Positions 52,781 through 62,840 of a stretch of DNA of 64,000 bases are shown here, piece after piece (position 1 is the first letter of the stretch; each line of letters starts with the position of its first letter). The stretch is from NCBI GenBank assembly GCA_949293285.1, contig CASFCU010000017.1:2432-66431 (forward strand), read 5' to 3'. Origin of the DNA: an uncultured bacterium. Its GTDB lineage: Bacteria > Bacillota_I > Bacilli_A > RF39 > UBA660. A program made the position numbers and the translations under genes. Under the pieces are notes generated by a model, which saw only the letters and a program-made list of their open reading frames with translations, did not search any database and was not told the DNA's origin.

Positions 52781-53638
52781 ATGAAAGAAGAAACATTACA
52801 ATTAAACAATTTTGACTCAATATTAGAAAAACAAATAAAAAAAAATCAAATAAATCATGCTTACCTAATCGAAACCAATGATTCAAAGAGAATAGAAATA
52901 GCATACAAACTAATTCAAAAAATATTAAGTTTTGAAAATAAAATAACCATTGAAGATTTACAAAGAAATTCTGATTTGCAAATAATAAAAACAGAATCAC
53001 AGACAATAAAAAAAGAAGAAATAACAGAATTAAAAAATAAATTCAAAACTAAATCAACACATAATTCTCAAAGAATTTATATAATAGAAGAAGCAGAAAA
53101 ACTTAATAATTCATCGGCAAACACATTACTAAAATTTCTAGAAGAACCAGAGGAAAATATCATAGCAATATTGATTACAAACAACAGAAATATTGTAATT
53201 AACACTATTGTATCTAGATGCCAAATAATAAGATATTTTATACCCGAAGGTATAAATAGTAACTATAAAGAAGAATATATTGAAAATCTATTCTCATTTA
53301 TAATGATGTTAGAAGAAAAAAAAGAAAAGACCATTGCTTATTCAAATAAATTTTTAATAAAAGAACTATCAGACAGGACAAGTTTTGCCAAATTTTTAAA
53401 CGATATACTCTATGTGTACAACGATATATTACATCATAAAATAGGAATAAAACCGGATTACTTTTTCCAATATGAAACAAACATAGCAAAAATAGCGGAC
53501 TGTAATGAAATTGTAGACATAAAAAATAAAATAAATTCGATTAATTTATGTATTAATAGGTTAAAATATAATCCTAATATTAAATTACTTTTTGATAAAC
53601 TAATAATACTTATGAGTGGAGTTGATGTAGATGTATGA
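52781..53638 (+). CDS. holB: DNA polymerase III subunit delta prime
   Basis: NHAYLIE (degenerate P-loop as in delta prime), LLKFLEEP, SRC motif VSRCQ; 285 aa. Confidence 0.8.
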   Translation: MKEETLQLNNFDSILEKQIKKNQINHAYLIETNDSKRIEIAYKLIQKILSFENKITIEDLQRNSDLQIIKTESQTIKKEEITELKNKFKTKSTHNSQRIYIIEEAEKLNNSSANTLLKFLEEPEENIIAILITNNRNIVINTIVSRCQIIRYFIPEGINSNYKEEYIENLFSFIMMLEEKKEKTIAYSNKFLIKELSDRTSFAKFLNDILYVYNDILHHKIGIKPDYFFQYETNIAKIADCNEIVDIKNKINSINLCINRLKYNPNIKLLFDKLIILMSGVDVDV

Positions 53639-54431
53639 AGTAGTAGGTGTAAGTCTTATAAATTCTAACAGAATATATTACTTTTCCCCAAATAATATTT
53701 TCTTCCAAAAAAATGATAAAGTTGTAGTTGAAACTGAAAGAGGATTTCAATTGGGAATCATCAAAACAGAAACATTAAAATTATCTTCTGAAAAGCTTTC
53801 ATTACCATTAAAACCAATATTAAGATTAGCAACAGAAGAAGATAAAAAAAAACAAATTGAAAATGAAAAACTAGCAAAGGAAGCTTTAGAAAACGCAAAG
53901 AAAATAGCAAAGAAAATGGAATTAAACATGAAATTTTTGGACTCTAATTTCACCTTGGACAGAAATCAACTAATATTTACTTTTCTTGCTGATGAAAGAG
54001 TGGATTTTAGAGAACTAGCAAAAAAATTGGCTAGCATATATAAAACAAGAATAGAACTTAGGCAAATAGGCGTAAGAGACAAAGCAAAAGAAATTGGTGG
54101 CATTGGTCCTTGTGGTAGATTTCTATGTTGTAACACCTTCTTGAATGATTTCAACAGCGTATCTATAAATATGGCAAAAAATCAGTATCTTTCATTAAAT
54201 CCCACAAAAATTAACGGAATATGTGGTAGATTATTATGTTGTTTGAAATATGAAGATGAACAGTATACAGAAATGAAACAGAAATTTCCGGCAATTGGAA
54301 CCAGAATAAAGATAGATGGAAAAGAAGGAAAAGTAATTTCCCATAACCTATTAAAAAATACATTTATTGTAGAGCAAATGGATAAGACAACAATAGAAAT
54401 AGAGAATAAAAAGTATGAAAGTAATCAATGA
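53631..54431 (+). CDS. ricT: PSP1 domain protein YaaT/RicT (stage 0 sporulation/RNase Y regulator family)
   Basis: PSP1 C-terminal Cys clusters CGRFLCCNTF and CGRLLCCLKYE; 266 aa; follows holB as in B. subtilis. Confidence 0.8.
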   Translation: MYEVVGVSLINSNRIYYFSPNNIFFQKNDKVVVETERGFQLGIIKTETLKLSSEKLSLPLKPILRLATEEDKKKQIENEKLAKEALENAKKIAKKMELNMKFLDSNFTLDRNQLIFTFLADERVDFRELAKKLASIYKTRIELRQIGVRDKAKEIGGIGPCGRFLCCNTFLNDFNSVSINMAKNQYLSLNPTKINGICGRLLCCLKYEDEQYTEMKQKFPAIGTRIKIDGKEGKVISHNLLKNTFIVEQMDKTTIEIENKKYESNQ

Positions 54432-55143
54432 TTTGTTAGATTATAACGGAATGAAAATAGTACAAGATAATGACTTTTTCAATTTCTCACTCGATTCTGT
54501 ATTATTGCCGAATTTTGTAACAATAACCAAAAAAACAAAAAAAATATTAGATCTCGGAACTGGAAATGCTCCGATTCCTATGATACTATCTACTAGAACT
54601 AACGCCGAGATATATGGAATAGAAATACAAAAAGAGATATATCAACTGGCAAAAGAATCATTAGCAATAAATGGATTAGAAAAAAGAATTAATCTTATAA
54701 ACGATGATATGAAAAATCTAAAAAACTATTTTCCATTTAACTCTTTCGACTTAATTTTATCCAATCCACCTTATTTTAAATTGAATGAAAAATCAAATAA
54801 GAACGATATCCCACAAAAAACGATTGCACGTCATGAAGAAAAAATAACATTAAAAGAAATTATCGAGCTAGCAAAAAAGTTTTTAGATAACAACGGAAGA
54901 TTTGCACTAATTCACAGGACAGACAGATTAATAGAAATAATAGAATTATTAAGAAAAAATAATATAGAACCGAAAAAAATTCAGCTTATATATCCCAAAA
55001 ATAATACTGAATCAAACATGGTGCTAATAGAAGGAAGAAAAAATGGTAACTCAGGATTAAAAATATTACCTCCAATTATAGTTCATAATGAAAATGGTGA
55101 ATATACTCAAACAATAAAAAAAATATTTAGTTCAAAGGAGTAA
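54415..55143 (+). CDS. tRNA1(Val) (adenine37-N6)-methyltransferase-like SAM-dependent methyltransferase (YabB/TrmN6 family)
   Basis: NPPY catalytic motif (LILSNPPYF) and a GxGxG SAM motif LDLGTGNAPI; 242 aa. Confidence 0.75.
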   Translation: MKVINDLLDYNGMKIVQDNDFFNFSLDSVLLPNFVTITKKTKKILDLGTGNAPIPMILSTRTNAEIYGIEIQKEIYQLAKESLAINGLEKRINLINDDMKNLKNYFPFNSFDLILSNPPYFKLNEKSNKNDIPQKTIARHEEKITLKEIIELAKKFLDNNGRFALIHRTDRLIEIIELLRKNNIEPKKIQLIYPKNNTESNMVLIEGRKNGNSGLKILPPIIVHNENGEYTQTIKKIFSSKE

Positions 55144-55147
55144 AAAT

Positions 55148-55708
55148 ATGAAATTAATAGTAGGCCTAGGAAATCCAGGAAAAGAATTTGCAAATACAAG
55201 ACATAATATGGGATATATATTTCTCGATAAATTTGCATTATCATTGAAAATAGAATTCAAAAAAGAAAAATTTAATGGCCTTTATGCAGAAACTACAATA
55301 AATAATGAGAAAATAATATTACTAAAACCATTATCATATATGAATTTATCAGGAGAAGTTGTAAAAAAATATAAAGAATTTTTCAAAATAGACATAGACA
55401 ATATATTGATAATTAGTGATGATTTAGACATGGAATTTGGAAGAATTAGATTAAAACCATATGGATCTAGTGGTGGTCACAATGGATTAAAAAATATAGA
55501 ACTAAATTTACAAACACAAAATTTTAAAAGAATAAAAATTGGAATATCAAAGGATAAAAATATAGATACAAAAGATTATGTACTAGGAAAATTCTCAAAA
55601 GAAGAAGAGAAAATAATTAATGATATATCTCAAACAATGATCAATATTTTACATGATTTTGTATTTTTAAATTATGATAAATTAATGAGTAAATATAACA
55701 AAAAGTAA
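55148..55708 (+). CDS. pth: Peptidyl-tRNA hydrolase
   Basis: MKLIVGLGNPGKEFANTRHNMGY with the catalytic His; 186 aa. Confidence 0.95.
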   Translation: MKLIVGLGNPGKEFANTRHNMGYIFLDKFALSLKIEFKKEKFNGLYAETTINNEKIILLKPLSYMNLSGEVVKKYKEFFKIDIDNILIISDDLDMEFGRIRLKPYGSSGGHNGLKNIELNLQTQNFKRIKIGISKDKNIDTKDYVLGKFSKEEEKIINDISQTMINILHDFVFLNYDKLMSKYNKK

Positions 55709-55718
55709 CGGTGATAGC

Positions 55719-58700
55719 ATGAACTTATTAAATGACATAGTAAAAATTAATCATTCTAAAATAACTGGATTGGTCGGATTAAACGACGAATTCTTTTCGT
55801 TGTATATAAATAAATTATATAATGAACAAGATAAAAATATTTTAATAGTGACATCAACTTTATATGAGGCAAACTTAATAAATAACTATTTATCCACTTA
55901 TTCTAATAACACTTATTTATTCCCAATGGATGACTTTCTAACAAGTGAATCAATTGCAATAAGTCCAGATTTAAAAGTAACAAGATTAGAAACGATAAAT
56001 AAGACTATAAAAAATAATAAAAAAATAGTAGTAACTCATTTAAATGGATACCTTAGATATTTGCCATCAAAATCAATTTACGAAAAATCAATTTTAGAAA
56101 TCAGAAAACAAGAGGAATACAAAAGAGAAAAACTAATAGAAAATCTAACAAATATAGGTTATGAAAGAGCAACTATAGTAACTAAAACAGGAGAAATGGG
56201 AATACGAGGATTTATCTTAGATGTCTTTCCAATCGAATATGAACATCCGGTGCGAATAGAATTTTTTGGAGATGAAATTGATTCCATAAGAATATTTGAT
56301 GAAGATACTCAAAAAACAATCCAAGAAATAGAAAGCGTATCTATCTATCCATACACAGAATTTTTAATTACCAAAACAGATATCACTCTTGATAAGGAAA
56401 AAGATAACCAAAAATATTTGAAACAGATCTTAAACGAAAATGTAGCATCTATATATAATTATTTAGACGAACCAATAACTGTTTTTAAGAACTATAATCA
56501 AATAAAAATGAGTTACGAACAACAATTAGAGCAAATCTTTGAATACAAAACTGATAAAGATTCCTTTTTTAAAGGAAATTATATGTTTGATTTAAATGAA
56601 ATACCACAGAACAAAATTATATATTATAATACCATAGATAATTTGATTGAAGATTTATCAAAAAATGACATAATAGATTTTCAAGTAAAAGAAATTGGAA
56701 ATTTCCAAGAAAATATAGAAATAATAAATAAATACATAGATGAAAATATATATATGAACAAAACCATCATCATAGCACTTAAAGATTACCAAATTAAAAG
56801 TTTCACAAAATTTATTAATCATAACTACATAATTACGGACTATAAAAATATCTTGGATAATCAAGTAAATATAATTAATTTTCCAATGAATAAAGGATTT
56901 ATCTACAAAAATTATATCATACTAACGGAATCAGAATTATTTTCTAAACATATAAATAAATCAAAATATAGAACGAACTTCAAATACTCTTCAAAAATTA
57001 AGAATATAAACAATTTGGAGAAAGGAGACTATGTTGTTCACAGTCTTCATGGAATAGGAATATATAACGGAATAAAAACGTTGAAACAGTCTGGTTTGTT
57101 AAAAGACTATCTAGAAATATTGTATCAAGGAAAAGATAAACTTTATATTCCGGTAGAAAAAATAGATTTAATAAGTAAATATACTGGAAAAGAAGGAATG
57201 TCTCCTAAAATAAATAAATTAGGTGGAACCGAATGGCAAAAAACAAAACTAAGAGTAAAAAATAAAGTAAAAGATATAGCAGAAAAACTGTTAAAATTAT
57301 ATGCTAAAAGAGAAATGAAAAAAGGATTTCAATTTAGTAAAGATAATGAACTACAAATAATGTTTGAAGAAGAATTTCCATATTCACCAACAAAAGATCA
57401 ATTATATGTAACAAAACAAATCAAAGATGATATGGAGTCTTCAGTTCCAATGGATAGATTACTATGTGGAGACGTTGGCTATGGAAAAACAGAAGTAGCA
57501 TTTAGAGCCATATTTAAAGCAGTAAATGATGGAAAACAAGTACTATATTTATGCCCTACAACGATACTTTCAAATCAACAGTATGAAAACGCTATCCAAA
57601 GATTTAAAAATTTTCCAGTAAATATAGCACTTTTAAACAGATTTACTACAGTAAAAGAAACAAAAAGTATTATTCAAGGAATACAGGATGGAAAAATAGA
57701 CGTTCTATTTGGAACACATAGATTATTGAGCAATGATATAAAGCCATCTAATCTTGGTCTTTTAGTTATTGATGAAGAACAAAGATTTGGTGTAGTTCAC
57801 AAAGAGAAAATAAAAGAATACAAAGAAAATGTCGATGTATTAACATTAACAGCTACACCAATACCAAGAACTTTGCAAATGTCAATGACAGGTCTTAGAA
57901 GTCTTTCACTAATAGAAACTCCACCTATAGATAGGTATCCAGTACAAACCTATGTAATGGAGGAAAACATTCATGTAATAAAAGATGCTATATACAAAGA
58001 ATTAGCAAGAAATGGACAAATATTTATTTTATATAACCGTGTTGAAAAAATAGAAAACAAAAAAATGGAATTAGAAAAATTACTACCAGAAGCAAAAATA
58101 ATAGAAGCACATGGGCAAATGAATAAAATAGAATTAGAAAATCGAATGATTGACTTTATAAATCATAAATACGATATACTATTATGTACTACCATAATAG
58201 AAACAGGAATCGATATTCCTAATGTTAACACCTTAATAATATATGATGCAGATTGTTTTGGACTTAGTCAATTATACCAAATCAGAGGAAGAGTAGGCAG
58301 AAGCAATAAAATAGCATATGCATATTTAATGTATAACAAAAACAAAATGTTAACAGAAACAGCCGTAAAAAGATTGAATGTCATAAAAGAATTCACAGAA
58401 TTGGGAAGTGGTTTTAAAATTGCAACAAGAGACTTATCAATCAGAGGAGCAGGAGATATTCTTGGAAGTGAACAGGCTGGATTTATTGACAACATTGGTA
58501 TTGAACTTTATTTAAAAATACTAAATGAAGAAATTGCTAAATTAAAAGGGGAGAGCATAGAAGAACAAACAGAAACAGAAGAAAAACCACTTATCAATGT
58601 AGAAACTCATATATCGGATGATTATGTAGAAGACGCTAACTTAAAGATAGAAATTCATAAAAAAATTAATGAAATAGATTCTTATAACAAACTATTAACA

Positions 58701-59033
58701 ATAAAAAATGAATTAGAAGATAGATTCGGAAAACTAGATGAAAAAGTATTAATCTATATGTATGAAGAGTGGTTTGAAAAATTAGCAAAAAAATTGCAAA
58801 TTGAAAAAGTAAACCAAACAAAAAATTATATAGAATTGATATTTTCTCAAGAAATATCATCAAAAATTGATGGTGAAAAGTTATTCTTAGATGCTTTCAA
58901 TATCTCAAGAATGTTCAGATTTCAAATGAAAAATGATCATTTAATAGTAATACTAGATACGATTAAACTAGAAGAAAATTACATATATTTATTAACAAAA
59001 CTTCTAGATAAAATAGAATTTCAAAAAAAGTAA
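55719..59033 (+). CDS. mfd: Transcription-repair coupling factor Mfd
   Basis: 1104 aa; UvrB-homology N-terminus, an RNAP-interacting domain, a superfamily 2 helicase with GDVGYGKTEVA and DEEQRFG, a TRG motif. Confidence 0.95.
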   Translation: MNLLNDIVKINHSKITGLVGLNDEFFSLYINKLYNEQDKNILIVTSTLYEANLINNYLSTYSNNTYLFPMDDFLTSESIAISPDLKVTRLETINKTIKNNKKIVVTHLNGYLRYLPSKSIYEKSILEIRKQEEYKREKLIENLTNIGYERATIVTKTGEMGIRGFILDVFPIEYEHPVRIEFFGDEIDSIRIFDEDTQKTIQEIESVSIYPYTEFLITKTDITLDKEKDNQKYLKQILNENVASIYNYLDEPITVFKNYNQIKMSYEQQLEQIFEYKTDKDSFFKGNYMFDLNEIPQNKIIYYNTIDNLIEDLSKNDIIDFQVKEIGNFQENIEIINKYIDENIYMNKTIIIALKDYQIKSFTKFINHNYIITDYKNILDNQVNIINFPMNKGFIYKNYIILTESELFSKHINKSKYRTNFKYSSKIKNINNLEKGDYVVHSLHGIGIYNGIKTLKQSGLLKDYLEILYQGKDKLYIPVEKIDLISKYTGKEGMSPKINKLGGTEWQKTKLRVKNKVKDIAEKLLKLYAKREMKKGFQFSKDNELQIMFEEEFPYSPTKDQLYVTKQIKDDMESSVPMDRLLCGDVGYGKTEVAFRAIFKAVNDGKQVLYLCPTTILSNQQYENAIQRFKNFPVNIALLNRFTTVKETKSIIQGIQDGKIDVLFGTHRLLSNDIKPSNLGLLVIDEEQRFGVVHKEKIKEYKENVDVLTLTATPIPRTLQMSMTGLRSLSLIETPPIDRYPVQTYVMEENIHVIKDAIYKELARNGQIFILYNRVEKIENKKMELEKLLPEAKIIEAHGQMNKIELENRMIDFINHKYDILLCTTIIETGIDIPNVNTLIIYDADCFGLSQLYQIRGRVGRSNKIAYAYLMYNKNKMLTETAVKRLNVIKEFTELGSGFKIATRDLSIRGAGDILGSEQAGFIDNIGIELYLKILNEEIAKLKGESIEEQTETEEKPLINVETHISDDYVEDANLKIEIHKKINEIDSYNKLLTIKNELEDRFGKLDEKVLIYMYEEWFEKLAKKLQIEKVNQTKNYIELIFSQEISSKIDGEKLFLDAFNISRMFRFQMKNDHLIVILDTIKLEENYIYLLTKLLDKIEFQKK

Positions 59034-59095
59034 TTTCTTGACTACTAAAAAGAGATTTGTTAATATCATATATATGATAGAAAAAGGTGTTATCA

Positions 59096-59722
59096 ATGGA
59101 ATTAAATATAAATAAAATGTTTCAAGATAAAAACAAAGAAATATTTAGAAATAGTCTAATTCTTGAAATGGAAAGGAATTTAGAAGCATTAAAAAATACA
59201 ACAGATAATTGTGTTGCATTAGAAATAAACAAATTAATTATATTTTTAACAAATTATTTTGAAGAAACAAAAATTGAATATAGAAAAGAAGAACTTTTGG
59301 GGTTATTATATCGTGAAAAAACAAAGATAAATAACATAGTTAATAATAAAATAGAAGAAAAGAAAAATAGAATAAAGAAAGAGTTTCTAGAAAGAAATAT
59401 AGAAAAAGACATTATAGAAGAGGATTATCTAAATGAATATTACGAAGTTATCACGAAAGAAACAGAAAAATTAAATAATGATTTAGACCTACTGCTAAAA
59501 ACAGAAATATGCACGGAATTTTCAATAGAACTTATCAAAAAATACAAATTGAATAACAAAGAACAAGAAGAAAGAATTCATAGTAGAATAAATACGTTGT
59601 TTAAAGATACGATTATTCGAAGAATAAAAGAAGAAACTTTATTCAGAGATGAATCACTAAAAAACATGTGTACTGAGTCTTATAAAAAATATACGGAATT
59701 AAATAAACATACTACAGAATAA
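59096..59722 (+). CDS. Hypothetical coiled-coil protein (no recognisable domain)
   Basis: 209 aa; E/K/N-rich predicted helical protein; its own sigma-A-like promoter TTGACT-17-TAATAT at 59038-59066 and RBS AAAAAGGTG; a perfect 10-bp stem terminator at 59731-59762. Confidence 0.5.
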   Translation: MELNINKMFQDKNKEIFRNSLILEMERNLEALKNTTDNCVALEINKLIIFLTNYFEETKIEYRKEELLGLLYREKTKINNIVNNKIEEKKNRIKKEFLERNIEKDIIEEDYLNEYYEVITKETEKLNNDLDLLLKTEICTEFSIELIKKYKLNNKEQEERIHSRINTLFKDTIIRRIKEETLFRDESLKNMCTESYKKYTELNKHTTE

Positions 59723-59730
59723 GAAAACTT

Positions 59731-59762
59731 ACTGATAAAACAGTAAGTTTTTAATTTGGTAA
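59731..59762 (+). terminator. Rho-independent terminator (AAACTTACTG-ataaaa-CAGTAAGTTT + TTTTAATTT)
   Basis: A perfect 10-bp inverted repeat followed by a T-rich tract, immediately after the stop at 59722. Confidence 0.7.
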
Positions 59763-59878
59763 AAATTACCACAGGAAAACTACTAATAAAGATATTATAA
59801 TTTACTTAGAAGTAAATTTTATGTATAAAAAATAGTTAACTACAAAAACTAATGATGTAAATGAAATGGAGGACAAAA

Positions 59879-60406
59879 ATGGAAACAACTGGAGTAGTAA
59901 GAAGAATTGATGAACTTGGAAGAATAGTAATACCAAAAGAAATAAGACGACACCTAGGAATAAAAGACGGAGCCTCTTTAGAAATATATGTAGATAAAGA
60001 TGTAGTAGCATTAAAGAAATATTCAACTATGAGTAATTTAGTAGAAATGTCAAATATATATTCGGAAACCGTATATAGTACGATGAAAGCAGAAATGTTT
60101 ATAACGGATAGAGATAATATCATTTCTTGTCCTAATTTAAGAAAAAAAGAATACTTAAACAAGCAGATAAGTAAATACTTAGAAGAATGTATCACTAAAA
60201 GGAGTAAGGTAAAAGAAGACGAATCAAAAAAACTATATCTAACAGAAGATAAATTTATAGAATGTAAGTACATAATATCTCCAATCATTGCCAATGGAGA
60301 TGTAATTGGATTAGTTATATTAATAAATGATGGAGAGTTAAAAGATACGGATAAAAATGTTGTGGACATTGCTTCTAATTTTTTAGGAAAAAATGTTGAA
60401 GAATAA
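59879..60406 (+). CDS. spoVT: Stage V sporulation protein T (AbrB-type N-domain + GAF-like domain)
   Basis: METTGVVRRIDELGRIVIPKEIRRHLGIKDGASLEIYVDKD aligns with B. subtilis SpoVT MKATGIVRRIDDLGRVVIPKEIRRTLRIREGDPLEIFVDRD; C-terminal SPIIANGDVIGLVIL vs GPIVANGDPIGAVVI; start ATG 59879 with a TGGAGG RBS; follows mfd as in Bacillus. Confidence 0.85.
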   Translation: METTGVVRRIDELGRIVIPKEIRRHLGIKDGASLEIYVDKDVVALKKYSTMSNLVEMSNIYSETVYSTMKAEMFITDRDNIISCPNLRKKEYLNKQISKYLEECITKRSKVKEDESKKLYLTEDKFIECKYIISPIIANGDVIGLVILINDGELKDTDKNVVDIASNFLGKNVEE

Positions 60407-60429
60407 AAATTACTATGTTATAATTTCAC

Positions 60430-60665
60430 TATATTTTAAATGTAAAGAGGGAAAAGAGAGATAAATAATTCTATCACAAGAGAGTCTTGAAAGGTGGAAG
60501 AAGACATAGAAATTTATCAAAAATGGCTTCCTGAACAGACTAGCATGAATATAGTGATTTATTGCTAGTACGTAAAACGCGTTATGTTTCAAGTGCACAA
60601 ATTTAACATTTGTGAATTAAGGTGGTACCACGGTAAACTCGTCCTTTTTTGGATGGGTTTTTTAT
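60430..60665 (+). promoter_or_regulatory. T-box riboswitch leader (tRNA-sensing antitermination element), probably Met-specific, controlling dut-metG
   Basis: A promoter TTGAAG-17-TATAAT with an extended TG at 60394-60422. Stem I elements AGAGAG...TGAAAGG are present. The T-box sequence AATTAAGGTGGTACCACGG lies at 60615-60633 (cf. AATTAGGGTGGTACCGCGG). A terminator ACTCGTCC-TTTTTT-GGATGGGT + T-run lies at 60637-60663. AUG triplets in candidate specifier loops lie at 60523 and 60545. Confidence 0.75.
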
Positions 60666-60677
60666 TAGGAGGATTTT

Positions 60678-61166
60678 ATGGGAAGATATTTTGAGAAAAT
60701 TAGTTTTCAACAATTTCAAAAAGATATATCCAATGATAAAGAAGTATATAATCAATATCTTCTTCCAAAAAGAAGTACAAAAAAAAGTGCTGGATATGAT
60801 TTTTTTGCAATAGAAAACATTACGCTAAAACCTGGAGAAATAAAAAAAATTCCAACTGGTTATAAAGCAAATTTTGAAAGTGATGAAATGCTTTTATTAG
60901 TTATTAGAAGTAGCATGGGATTCAAGTATAACGTAAGATTAACAAACCAAATTGGTATAATAGATTGTGACTACTATAATAATATTAATAATGAAGGACA
61001 TATTCTAGTATCGTTGCAAAATGAAGGTAAGAAAGAAATTACCATAAAAGAAGGAGAGGCTTATGTTCAGGGAATATTTACAAAGTTTTTAATTTCTGAT
61101 AACGATTGTACCATTACAGAAAGAATTGGCGGGGTAGGAAGTACGAATAAACGAAAGGATGATTAA
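60678..61166 (+). CDS. dut: dUTP diphosphatase (trimeric dUTPase family)
   Basis: Motif III SAGYDF; RSSMGFKYNV; motif V-like RIGGVGSTNK; 162 aa; an AGGAGG RBS directly after the T-box terminator. Confidence 0.75.
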   Translation: MGRYFEKISFQQFQKDISNDKEVYNQYLLPKRSTKKSAGYDFFAIENITLKPGEIKKIPTGYKANFESDEMLLLVIRSSMGFKYNVRLTNQIGIIDCDYYNNINNEGHILVSLQNEGKKEITIKEGEAYVQGIFTKFLISDNDCTITERIGGVGSTNKRKDD

Positions 61167-61169
61167 ATT

Positions 61170-62720
61170 ATGGAAAAATATTATATATCTACAGCAATAG
61201 CATACACTTCAGCAAAACCACATATTGGAAATACTTATGAAATTGTTTTAGCAGATGCAATAGCAAGATACAAAAGACAAAAAGGATTTGATGTATATTT
61301 TCAAACTGGAACGGATGAGCATGGAGAGAAAATCCAACAAAAAGCGGAAGAAAAAGGAATAACTCCACAAGCTTACGTAGACCAAATAGCAAATGAAATT
61401 AAAAGAATATGGGATATCATGGATACTAGTTATGATAACTTTGTAAGAACTACAGATAAAAATCATAAAGAAAAAGTTCAGAAAATATTTAAAAAGTTAT
61501 ATGATCAAAACGATATATACAAAGGAAAATACGAAGGATTATATTGTACACCTTGTGAATCTTTTTTTACTGAAAGTCAACTAATAGATGGAAAATGCCC
61601 AGATTGTGGAAGGGAAGTACACAAAGCAAGTGAAGAAGCATACTTTTTTAGACTTTCAAAATATCAAGATAGACTATTGCAATATATTCAAAATCATCCA
61701 GAATTCATTCAACCAGAATCTAGAAAAAATGAAATGATAAATAATTTTCTAAAACCAGGACTACAAGATTTATGTGTTTCTAGGACATCATTCACTTGGG
61801 GAATTCCAGTTGATTTTGATCCAAAACATGTTATATATGTTTGGATAGATGCATTATCTAATTACATAACAAACATTGGTTACGACACTGAAAAACCTGA
61901 AGAAAAATTCAACAAATATTGGCCAGCAGATTTGCATTTGATTGGCAAAGATATCATCAGATTCCATACTATATATTGGCCAATATTATTGATGGCCTTG
62001 GATTTACCATTACCAAAACAAGTTTTTGGTCATCCATGGTTACTGTTTGGTCAAGATAAAATGAGTAAATCTAAAGGAAATATTATGTATGCAGATGACT
62101 TAGTAAACTATTTTGGAGTAGATGCCATAAGGTATTATGTTCTTCATGAAATTCCTTTTGCTAATGATGGATCTATTAGCTACGAATTAATCATTGATAG
62201 AGTTAACAGTGACTTGGCAAATGTATTAGGAAATCTGGTAAACAGAACAATTTCTATGGCAAACAAATATTTTGATGGTAAAGTAACAAATAAAAAAATA
62301 CCTACAAGCTACGATAGTGATCTAATTGAAAAAATAAACTCATTGGATAAAAAAGTAGCAGAAAAAATGGATAAACTTGAAATCGGGGCAGCACTGGATG
62401 AAATATTCGACTTATTGAGAAGAAGTAACAAATATATAGATGAAACTACACCATGGATTCTAGCTAAAAATCCTGAAGAAAAAGAAAAATTAGAAACAGT
62501 AATATACAACTTATTAGAATCCATAAGAGTAGCAGCTATAGAGTTAAAACCATTTTTACCATCCACTAGCCAAAAAATTCTTGAACAATTGAACACTAAC
62601 ATAGAAGAAGAAAGATTTTTAGAAAAACAAAAGTATGAAACCTCGATACCAGTTCCACTATTTCAAAGAATAGATAAAGAAAAAAAACTAAAAGAGATAG
62701 AAGAACTATCTAAAAAGTAA
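61170..62720 (+). CDS. metG: Methionine--tRNA ligase (short form lacking a C-terminal tRNA-binding domain)
   Basis: HIGH motif KPHIGNTYE; KMSKS motif DKMSKSKGN; zinc knuckle CPDCG; 516 aa. Confidence 0.95.
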   Translation: MEKYYISTAIAYTSAKPHIGNTYEIVLADAIARYKRQKGFDVYFQTGTDEHGEKIQQKAEEKGITPQAYVDQIANEIKRIWDIMDTSYDNFVRTTDKNHKEKVQKIFKKLYDQNDIYKGKYEGLYCTPCESFFTESQLIDGKCPDCGREVHKASEEAYFFRLSKYQDRLLQYIQNHPEFIQPESRKNEMINNFLKPGLQDLCVSRTSFTWGIPVDFDPKHVIYVWIDALSNYITNIGYDTEKPEEKFNKYWPADLHLIGKDIIRFHTIYWPILLMALDLPLPKQVFGHPWLLFGQDKMSKSKGNIMYADDLVNYFGVDAIRYYVLHEIPFANDGSISYELIIDRVNSDLANVLGNLVNRTISMANKYFDGKVTNKKIPTSYDSDLIEKINSLDKKVAEKMDKLEIGAALDEIFDLLRRSNKYIDETTPWILAKNPEEKEKLETVIYNLLESIRVAAIELKPFLPSTSQKILEQLNTNIEEERFLEKQKYETSIPVPLFQRIDKEKKLKEIEELSKK

Positions 62721-62840
62721 TAATGAATAAAAATGCAGATTACTATTGTAAAAAATATGAAATAAACTCAATAAAATCTACATTTTTATTATGCAGTATT
62801 ATAGAAAAAAGATTATAAAATGAATATTAGGAGTGAAAAT

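Noticed and set aside
60413-60598. 61-aa minus-strand ORF
   Set aside because: It lies entirely within the T-box leader RNA on the opposite strand and has no RBS; it is an artifact.
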